Shown here piece by piece: positions 34,164 to 41,122 of a stretch of 41,122 nucleotides of DNA. The translations under genes were made by a program, and so were the position numbers. Every line of letters starts with the position of its first letter. Within the stretch, counting starts at the first letter, position 1. The DNA comes from a virus (Duplodnaviria > Caudoviricetes), in the IMG/VR virus record IMGVR_UViG_3300023076_000005, positions 1 to 41,122 of that record; one strand, given 5' to 3'. The notes beneath the pieces are model-generated. The model saw only the letters and a list, made by a program, of their open reading frames with translations. It had not been told where the DNA came from and did no database searches.

Positions 34164-34979
34164 ATGTCTAGCCCAATCGTTCCATGGATGGGTGGCAAAC
34201 GCCGCCTGGCCGACCGTCTTATTCCTCTCTTCCCGCCCCACGAATGCTACGTTGAAGTATTCGCAGGTGGTGCGGCCCTCTATTTCATGCGCCCCCAGGC
34301 TGCTCCTGTTGAAGTCCTCAACGACATCAACGGCGAGCTGGTCAGCTTGTACCGGGTGGTGCAGAACCATCTTGAAGAGTTCGTGCGCCAGTTCAAATGG
34401 GCGCTGAGCTCCCGGCAAATCTTCGAATGGCAGAAGATGACTCGCCCTGAAACTCTCACAGATATTCAACGCGCCGCTCGTTTCTTTTACCTGCAACACC
34501 ACGCCTTCGCGGGCAAGGTGAGTGGGCAGACGTTCGGTACTGCTACCACCGGCCCAGCCATCAATCTGCTGCGGATCGAAGAAAACCTATCTGCGGCCTG
34601 GCAGCGTCTCGCGGGTACCTATGTGGAAAACCTGCCCTGGCTCGAATGTGCTGAGCGCTATGACCGTGCGCATACGTTCCATTACATGGATCCACCGTAC
34701 TGGAAGACGGCGGGCTACGGGGTCGATTTCCCGTTTGAAAACTACGAGCGTATGGCTGATTTTATGCGCCGGTGTAAGGGCCGGGTGATGGTCAGCATCA
34801 ACGATCATCCAGACATTCGCAGGGTCTTTAAGGGGTTTCGCATCGAGAGTGTAGATATCCGCTATTCAGTCAGTAACAGACGAGAAGGTGCAACGGCGGA
34901 TTCTGGTGAATTGATCATAATCAGTTGGGCGGCTTCGGAGCTGTCGGACCTTTTTCAGGTCGACGAAAATAGCGGTTGA
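34164..34979 (+). CDS. DNA adenine methyltransferase (D12/Dam class), orphan
   Basis: PWMGGK, YVEVFAGG, EVLNDIN and YMDPPY. Confidence 0.93.
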   Translation: MSSPIVPWMGGKRRLADRLIPLFPPHECYVEVFAGGAALYFMRPQAAPVEVLNDINGELVSLYRVVQNHLEEFVRQFKWALSSRQIFEWQKMTRPETLTDIQRAARFFYLQHHAFAGKVSGQTFGTATTGPAINLLRIEENLSAAWQRLAGTYVENLPWLECAERYDRAHTFHYMDPPYWKTAGYGVDFPFENYERMADFMRRCKGRVMVSINDHPDIRRVFKGFRIESVDIRYSVSNRREGATADSGELIIISWAASELSDLFQVDENSG

Positions 34980-34998
34980 TTAGACCGCTTGACCCAAT

Positions 34999-35610
34999 TT
35001 ATTTAGAATCATTGGATGGCTTTGCGGGAGCTGGTGCCGCTGCCGGAGTCGCCGGTTTCTCAGGTCTGAGGTTATGAATGCCTTCAGTGCTGCCGGTTTT
35101 GGGGCCGGCAGGACTAAGTAATGTGAAATTGTTAAAAGATTTACGTAATTCGACTTCAACTTTTATAACGCTGGCTTTCTTGTCGTCTGTCATGGTTTTT
35201 GCCTTGTCGGAGTAGGATTGGATTGCAGTTGATATTCCAATGGCTAGCGCGAGTATCACGCCAAGCATAAAGAAATAGATGGCGATTTTATCCAGAATTG
35301 ATAATACTCGATCTCCGTCGCCGTTGTGCACGATTACATCTTGAAGATATCTTGCGTTTTCACTGAAAATAATAAGAACGGTGATTAAACATATAACAAA
35401 GCAGAATAGTGCTGATATATATAAGACCAAAGATTCGACAGACCTAATGCCAACTGTGCTGATCAAAGTCAACAAAAGCCCAGTTGCTGCTGTGCTAAGC
35501 GCGAGTAAGCTTTTATCTCTTTCGAATTTTGTGGCGAGCCAAGCGTTAACACCTGCGGAGTAATACTCCACTGTTTTCAGCATATGTATTTCTTCGTCCG
35601 TGGTTCGCAT
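34999..35610 (-). CDS. Hypothetical 3-TM membrane moron protein
   Basis: 203 aa, three hydrophobic helices, AT-rich, opposite strand to the late genes. Confidence 0.72.
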   Translation of the reverse strand: MRTTDEEIHMLKTVEYYSAGVNAWLATKFERDKSLLALSTAATGLLLTLISTVGIRSVESLVLYISALFCFVICLITVLIIFSENARYLQDVIVHNGDGDRVLSILDKIAIYFFMLGVILALAIGISTAIQSYSDKAKTMTDDKKASVIKVEVELRKSFNNFTLLSPAGPKTGSTEGIHNLRPEKPATPAAAPAPAKPSNDSK

Positions 35611-35741
35611 ATTATCCTGAATTCATATTTTGACTTCCCGATTGAAGCTTGACTGGCAATCTACGTGGTATGTGCTAGCCCCAGGCGAAAATTTTGCTAT
35701 CGGCTTAGGCGAACTGATAGATTTGATAGAATTCAAAAGGA

Positions 35742-36491
35742 TCAGTCCGTAGTACTTTTTTCGGAGCTTAGCTCGGAGGGAAGGCGACTCGGGCACTGCG
35801 GATCGACGACAAAGCCAGCGCCACCGCACGGCTCACAATCTTCCCTCAACTCGAATCGATCACAGCAGTGCGAGCACTGTCGGAAGATGGAAAAATTTTC
35901 CCTCTCCCACAGCCCGACATAACTAACCATATCGCCTTCCTCAAGCGCGATCAGAGCAGCATCTATGATTGATCTGTAAACGTCTGGATCGTCCAGGCGA
36001 CTCACCATCACGCCTCCCACCATCTTCCCTGTTTCAACCAGGGTCAGCCGTTGACCGGTCTCGGTGTAAATGTAGCGGTCACGGAAAACCCCATAGTGCG
36101 CATAGGTGCGCGTGATCACTGGCCTATCTCCCTCGGCGTCGTGTATTTGTGCGAAAAACTCCATGGGGCCTGGCGTCCCGCCGGGGCCATGTAGAAAAAG
36201 CCGGTTGCCGCTCAGACTGCCGGTCTGCACCCCGACTTCGTTGTACACGTCGTAATCAGCTGCGGGATTTCGCCATGCTGGTTCGGCTTCTTCTACGTGG
36301 TGGCAGTAGGCTCCAGTGGCAAGCTCGACCATTTCAAATCGCTCCAGCGGTTCAAGCAGCCCCGTCTTCAAAAGGTTGTCGGCGAACCTCATCAGATAGC
36401 GGTAGTGACTGCTGGGGTTGGTCCAGGCCGAAGGCGTATAGAGGGACTTATGCCAATCGGCGAGCGCTTGATCTTTGTTCAATGGGGGCAT
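35742..36491 (-). CDS. LexA-controlled hypothetical protein with C-terminal zinc finger
   Basis: 249 aa; CSHC...CEPCGGAG; SOS box upstream. Confidence 0.7.
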   Translation of the reverse strand: MPPLNKDQALADWHKSLYTPSAWTNPSSHYRYLMRFADNLLKTGLLEPLERFEMVELATGAYCHHVEEAEPAWRNPAADYDVYNEVGVQTGSLSGNRLFLHGPGGTPGPMEFFAQIHDAEGDRPVITRTYAHYGVFRDRYIYTETGQRLTLVETGKMVGGVMVSRLDDPDVYRSIIDAALIALEEGDMVSYVGLWERENFSIFRQCSHCCDRFELREDCEPCGGAGFVVDPQCPSRLPSELSSEKSTTD

Positions 36492-36508
36492 GGCCGGGCT
36501 CTGCGATA

Positions 36509-36524
36509 CTGTTTTTATATGCAG
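36509..36524. promoter_or_regulatory. LexA (SOS) box
   Basis: CTGTTTTTATATGCAG within TACTG...CAGTA, 17 bp upstream of ATG 36491. Confidence 0.75.
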
Positions 36525-36616
36525 TATTGCAGGTTTTGGCAGGAGTCGAGTAGACCTCGGCTGAAGGGTAGGGCACGAGTCGGAAATCGGGGTTGGTCAT
36601 TGAGCTAGTTGGGGCG

Positions 36617-36708
36617 GTGGTACATAAGTGGTACAAAACAAATGGGAGGCGCTTATGGGCCTTTAGATTAGGGGGTGATTTGAAAAGTCGTTCCAATCCA
36701 TCATCGGT
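36617..36708. other. Relic dusA-type attachment site (arm repeats + core)
   Basis: Tandem GTGGTACA at 36617 and 36628; reverse complement of 36687-36707 is CCGATGATGGATTGGAACGAC, encoding PMMDWND versus DusA APMMDWTD. Confidence 0.6.
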
Positions 36709-37015
36709 CCTCCTTTGCTGACTTACTGTGTCAAAGGCAGCAGTCGCGATGGATAGACGCGCATCTTGCGTGTCTCAAGCATGTCGCGAAGCCGCTGCTC
36801 ATGATTGCGCTTACGCATGAGCGACTACGGGTGATCGGCCCGGAGCCTCTTCCTCGTTTATCGCAATTAGCTGCCTAAGCCCAAGTGCAACGGCTTACGG
36901 ACTAACGGCGGATCTGGCTCAACAGATGTTGCAGTTAGTGCGACGGGGGCGCCCTGGTTTCCCGAGCAATACTGTTGGGTACGCCAGGCCACAGGTTCTG
37001 ACGTATAGCGGTCGC

Positions 37016-37055
37016 AAAAAAGCCCACTGCAGTAGAGAGCAAGGTGGGCTTTTTT
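37016..37055. terminator. Bidirectional terminator
   Basis: AAAAAAGCCCAC...GTGGGCTTTTTT. Confidence 0.75.
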
Positions 37056-37068
37056 GAATCGTGGTGAG

Positions 37069-37362
37069 TTAGTGGTTATCTGCTCTTCTGATCGCCTTGT
37101 TCAGCGATGGGGTATCAACTGCACCTATCACTTCTCGCAGCTCTTGCCATGGGTAGCGGCCTATCCCGGAGGCTGAGCACCCTTTGAGATGCTTAAACGG
37201 CTGGCTGGCGTCATTGACAGTCTGAAGGCTCAGGCACTGGCAACAGAGGACGAAGCTTCCGCACAAGGACCATCGGCCTGTCCAGCCAATAAGCCTGGCG
37301 CTGAGCACGTCGCTTTTGCTGAGGTTTTGGCAGTAGCTGTTCACATCAAATGTTTGAGGCAT
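37069..37362 (-). CDS. Small Cys/His-rich hypothetical protein
   Basis: GGAG RBS; W...W.L.G..V.C..C...Q...DA..PF.H..GC...YPW pattern; ends just before the terminator. Confidence 0.6.
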   Translation of the reverse strand: MPQTFDVNSYCQNLSKSDVLSARLIGWTGRWSLCGSFVLCCQCLSLQTVNDASQPFKHLKGCSASGIGRYPWQELREVIGAVDTPSLNKAIRRADNH

Positions 37363-37519
37363 CACACATCTCCATATGCGCTGGGGAGGAACATCCGAAT
37401 TCCTCCCTACCCCATCTATAGCTTAAGTCGGCATCTGGGTCAGGAATGATTGGCTATTGGCGGGCAGAGGTACGGGGCAAGAAATTCATAAGCAGCTGCG
37501 CTGTCTGTCTCCAGACGAA

Positions 37520-37557
37520 GAAAGCCCCGGATTTGTACCCTCCCGGCGGGGCTTTTT
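37520..37557 (+). terminator. Terminator-like hairpin
   Basis: GAAAGCCCCG...CGGGGCTTTTT. Confidence 0.55.
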
Positions 37558-37792
37558 CCGGGGGCTATTGAACATAAACGGCGTACGGGGACCTGCCACC
37601 ACTGCCGCATGCGATCGGTATTGTACGGTTGTACCCGCAGTGAGAGGCGGAAATCGACCCATATGGGACGTCACATCCACACAACGCTCTAGAAAAGGCC
37701 GTCAGTCAGCTACCTCTGCAAAGTTGAAGGCCATTCACATCTCGCGGGTGCTAGGCGTTACATGCGCGTCGCGGGGATTGACTCCACCAGAA

Positions 37793-37801
37793 TGTTATAG
37801 T
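37793..37801 (+). promoter_or_regulatory. Extended -10 promoter for the ATPase-HNH operon
   Basis: TGT-TATAGT about 50 bp upstream of ATG 37854. Confidence 0.45.
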
Positions 37802-37853
37802 TCTCTTCATCCCCTTGTCGGGATTGTTCCCCTCAGCCACTAGGGCCGTTTCT

Positions 37854-39053
37854 ATGAGCTACATCACCCAACTCAACGTTTCCAAAGTGCGGAACATAAG
37901 CCCGTTCAAGCTAAAGCTCGGTGGCAAGAAAAACATTCTTGTGACAGGGAGAAACGGTGCCGGGAAAACTACCTTGTTGGAAGCTATCAGGGATGAGCTC
38001 TCACGTCGGAGAAAGTACGGAAAAGATACCGACGTGTATCTCGAGGCGTCTGGGGCGATACGCAAGGAGGCAACCACAAGGTTGCTAACTCCTCAGGAGG
38101 AGGAGCACCTAAAGAACTTAGAAAGAATGGGTGGAACGGGTGCCATTGAGGTTTATCTCAGCGACGGCGGGCAAGCGCTGGCCCCTGACGAGATTTTTGT
38201 CTGTTTTAGTAGCAGACGTATGACCGATGCCACGAAGCCAAAAGGCCCGCAAATAATTACATACGGTACTAAAGAAGACTCTACGCCGAGCTATGGCAAA
38301 AATTTTATTCAATACTTGGTTAACCTGTGGACTGAAAAATCCTATGCCCGTGAAGACAAGGATCTCGATCGCGTGGCAGAGCTGGATAACTGGTTCACCT
38401 CCTTTACCGAGCAACTGCGAAAACTTTTCGAGGATCCAGCACTACAACTTGAATTTGATCGAAAGATTTTTAACTTTTGGATCGTTCAGCAAGGAAAAGA
38501 GCGTTATTCACTCAACGATCTTTCTGACGGCTTGTCATCCGCGATAAGTATCGTTTCGGAACTAATCCTCAGGATGGATACCGGCAACACATCCATTGAA
38601 GCCAGTGGAATCGTAATTATTGATGAAGTAGAAAACCATCTGCACGTCTCCCTGCAAAAAATAATTCTGCCTTTCTTATCTACGCTATTCCCAAACGTTC
38701 AGTTCATTGCATCAACCCATTCGCCTTTTGTATTGATCTCCGACCCGAATACTTGCATCATCGACCTTACCAAGAATGAAATTCATCAAGACTTCTCTGC
38801 ATTTTCATACGAAGCAATCGTTGAAGACTATTTTAATGTGGACAAATATTCTTTCGACCTCAAAGCTAGGGTTGAAGCCATCCGAAGATTGGTCCGAAAT
38901 CTAGACTACACACAGGCGCTGGCCGAAATTAACGCCATACGCGATGATGCCAATCTCGGTAGGGAAAATGCCGCCTCGACCTCCGGAGAACTCGTATTAG
39001 CATTGGGTAATTTGGAACTGGACATCAAAAACAAGACGGCTCTCAGTAAATGA
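37854..39053 (+). CDS. ABC/AAA-type ATPase, Septu PtuA-like
   Basis: Walker A GRNGAGKTT, signature LSDG, Walker B IVIIDEVENHLH and H-loop FIASTHSP. Confidence 0.88.
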   Translation: MSYITQLNVSKVRNISPFKLKLGGKKNILVTGRNGAGKTTLLEAIRDELSRRRKYGKDTDVYLEASGAIRKEATTRLLTPQEEEHLKNLERMGGTGAIEVYLSDGGQALAPDEIFVCFSSRRMTDATKPKGPQIITYGTKEDSTPSYGKNFIQYLVNLWTEKSYAREDKDLDRVAELDNWFTSFTEQLRKLFEDPALQLEFDRKIFNFWIVQQGKERYSLNDLSDGLSSAISIVSELILRMDTGNTSIEASGIVIIDEVENHLHVSLQKIILPFLSTLFPNVQFIASTHSPFVLISDPNTCIIDLTKNEIHQDFSAFSYEAIVEDYFNVDKYSFDLKARVEAIRRLVRNLDYTQALAEINAIRDDANLGRENAASTSGELVLALGNLELDIKNKTALSK

Positions 39054-39730
39054 TTAAAATAACAAAAAGTACCGAGCCTGTGCAACTTTCCGTAGAGCGA
39101 GAAAAAGCTAGCGGGTGCTACCGGCACCCAGACATCGTCGATGTGATTAGAAAGGATTTTTACAATCGGTGCTATCTCTGCGAAGCAAATCCGCAAAGCA
39201 TTAATATCGAACACCTCGTACCGCATCGGGATGTTCACGAATTGAAGTTTAAATGGGAGAATCTTTTCTGGTCCTGTGGTCATTGCAACAACATCAAGCT
39301 AGCAAAATACGACAATATCTTGGACTGCACAACCCAAGTTGATATCGAAGATATCTTAATTTACCAATTTGAACCATTTCCCACCGAGAATGTGCACGTC
39401 GAGATAATACTGTCGCATAGGGAAAATCTTCAAGCCAAGCAAACCCAGGCGCTCCTGCAAAACATATTCAACGGGACCACGACGCTCAAGAGTATTGAAT
39501 CCAACGGCCTGCGAAAACTCATCACTACTGAACTTATAAATTTGCAGAGCCTGCTTCGGGATCTAGATAACGAAAACAAGTCCGTAGAAGAAATCGACGA
39601 TATTAAGCTTAGGCTAACCTCGGCGCTTTCCCCTAACAGCCTGTTCGCGTCCTTCAAACGCAGCAAGGTCAGAAGCATGCCCCAATTGCTGGCCCATATT
39701 AAAGCTCACATTCCGCACCTTCGGCTATAA
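39050..39730 (+). CDS. HNH endonuclease, Septu PtuB-like
   Basis: CYLCE...IEHLVPH...WENLFWSCGHCN; ATGA overlap with the ATPase. Confidence 0.87.
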   Translation: MIKITKSTEPVQLSVEREKASGCYRHPDIVDVIRKDFYNRCYLCEANPQSINIEHLVPHRDVHELKFKWENLFWSCGHCNNIKLAKYDNILDCTTQVDIEDILIYQFEPFPTENVHVEIILSHRENLQAKQTQALLQNIFNGTTTLKSIESNGLRKLITTELINLQSLLRDLDNENKSVEEIDDIKLRLTSALSPNSLFASFKRSKVRSMPQLLAHIKAHIPHLRL

Positions 39731-40225
39731 TCTCAAGCTCAAGGTCCCATAGTGCAGTGGCAAGTAGCATGACTCGAATTTAGGGCCGCGCAATCGCAGC
39801 GAGAAGCTATTAATCTTCAATTGTGCGGCGGCTTAGATCAGCACCAACATGATAGCTAGGCTTCTTCGATTCCTTACGGTTGAGAGGAAAAGACTGCTTA
39901 TTGCCGAAAGCAGCTTCCTTCACCACACGCTGCTCTGTCGAACACGTAACAGGAAACTTCTAAATTTTTGATTTTCATGCTCAAACCGCTTTCCTTGTAA
40001 TCAGTTGCTCCAGCGTTTGACGTCCATGACGGAAACGCTCGGGGTTGGCGGAAGGGCGGAAGGCTTTTTTAGATGCTCGCGTTTAACGCATACTCGACAG
40101 ATTTGCTGATGGTGCACAGCGATGGTCAGTCGAGGCATGAAGCGACGGGTGAGTAAAGGGTTTTTCAACATCCCTCAATGGGTGGGTAACCGATGCATTT
40201 CGTAGGCAGCCGGGGAGGTACATTT

Positions 40226-40299
40226 CGTTCCGAAACTTGAATGACGAATGCGGAAGGATGCGGCTCGTGGAGGTGTAAAATAGTGCTGATTTAGGAACG
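40226..40299. promoter_or_regulatory. Integrase arm-type sites (right arm)
   Basis: CGTTCCGAAAC at 40226-40236 and inverted CGTTCCTAAAT at 40289-40299. Confidence 0.6.
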
Positions 40300-40342
40300 T
40301 GAAAATACATATCCTTTTGATATGAAAGGAAAAGTTTGCAGA

Positions 40343-40456
40343 CTTGAAAACTGCCGACTGTAACAGGTCCTAGAGTTCGAATCTCTATGCTTCCGCCATC
40401 TTAGATACGACAAAGCCCTGATTTTTCAGGGCTTTGTCGTTTTTGGGGTTTGGTGG
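40343..40456 (+). repeat. attR direct repeat (tRNA-Ser 3' half + terminator)
   Basis: Identical to 14-127. Confidence 0.96.
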
Positions 40457-40609
40457 CAACGAGCTACCAACTTGGGGCAAAAAGTCCGCGACTCTCCTTG
40501 CTTTCGGTAGCTACCGACCCGGGTTCCTATCTCCCTCTCTCTTAACTGCCTTCCTTGCTCTGCGTTCACGTGGTTGGACGGCTGACGCATGGCCACCTCT
40601 ACCCGAAGG

Positions 40610-41050
40610 TTATTTATTGTGACGCAGGATTGAGAAGTTCAGGGCGGCAGCCACGCAGAGCCATAGCAGGTACGGGAATAAGATAAGCCCCGTGACGATG
40701 TCCAACTGCATGGCCATCACCACCATTGCGGCCACAACCATCCAGAGCACTGCAAGGATCACCATCGCCGCGACGATGTGGTTCGCTCCAAAAAATACCG
40801 GCGTCCACAAGGTATTGAGCGCGATTTGCGCCGCCCATAGGGCTAGCACGGTCTCGCTGCCAGGAAGTAGGGTCAAGCGATATCCGGCCCACGCGAGGAG
40901 TAGATAGATCGTCGTCCAGGCGACTGGAAATGCCCAATTCGGTGGGGTGAAGCTCGGTTTTTGAAGTGATTCGTACCAGGCGCCTGGTTTGAAGATGATG
41001 CCAGTTGCGGCGGCAGCACAGCATGCAAGAAGAAAGATGTAGAAGGTCAT
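40610..41050 (-). CDS. tspO: TspO/MBR tryptophan-rich sensory protein (host gene)
   Basis: WYESLQKPSFTPPNWAFPVAWTTIY, LNTLWTPVFFG and PYLLWL..AAALN. Confidence 0.93.
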   Translation of the reverse strand: MTFYIFLLACCAAAATGIIFKPGAWYESLQKPSFTPPNWAFPVAWTTIYLLLAWAGYRLTLLPGSETVLALWAAQIALNTLWTPVFFGANHIVAAMVILAVLWMVVAAMVVMAMQLDIVTGLILFPYLLWLCVAAALNFSILRHNK

Positions 41051-41122
41051 AAGGTGTCCTGAGTTGAAGCAGCGGCAAATTTAAGGGCAGGGGCTATTTC
41101 AGGTTTGGACGCCGATGGGATA

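Larger units (their letters stand above)
14..40456. mobile_element. Temperate siphovirus-type prophage (HK97-type head) integrated at tRNA-Ser
   Basis: Flanking 114-bp direct repeats, integrase next to the left repeat, and immunity, replication, packaging, head, tail and lysis modules in between. Confidence 0.97.

Noticed and set aside
36734-36745. AAGGCAGCAGTC is identical to tRNA-Ser positions 3-14, just 5' of the att core
   Set aside because: Only 12 bp; the flanks neither match the tRNA nor fold as a cloverleaf, so chance cannot be excluded.
37189-37843. + strand ORFs 37189-37449 and 37457-37843
   Set aside because: No RBS or motifs; one is antisense to the better-supported 37069-37362 gene and the other runs through a terminator-like hairpin.
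36709-39730. Complete retron (type I-A)
   Set aside because: No reverse transcriptase ORF in the window and no clear a1/a2-bounded msr-msd identified.
40343-40398. Second tRNA-Ser gene
   Set aside because: Only the 3' half is present (no 5' acceptor strand or D-arm); it is the attR duplication.

Overview
The window is almost entirely one ~40.3-kb temperate siphovirus-type prophage. It is probably from a Pseudomonas host, inferred from the gene families (PrtN, DUF1654, Pseudomonas-type holin). It is integrated in the anticodon loop of a tRNA-Ser(TGA) gene and bounded by a perfect 114-bp direct repeat (14-127 / 40343-40456); a host tspO gene lies beyond attR. Gene order: integrase/excisionase; leftward early genes (PrtN-like, KilAC-like, dNMP kinase, DUF1654); CI/Cro switch; CII; TraR-type zinc finger; primase-helicase with an iteron origin; a putative late regulator; holins; HNH, cos and terminase; HK97-type head; a tail with a -1 frameshifted chaperone; a tail fibre split by an in-frame TAG; endolysin, Rz and Rz1; and a DNA adenine methylase. 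Cargo includes a DUF4062 protein, an Abi-alpha protein, two membrane morons and a Septu-like ATPase+HNH pair preceded by ~1.1 kb of hairpin-rich DNA. Notable non-coding signals: three LexA boxes, each 16-17 bp upstream of a start codon; a CCTCTCACCAC loop motif in three early-transcript hairpins; 11-bp-phased P-box-like repeats before the late operon; and a relic dusA-type att core where the Septu cargo begins. All family calls come from motif recognition, not from database searches.
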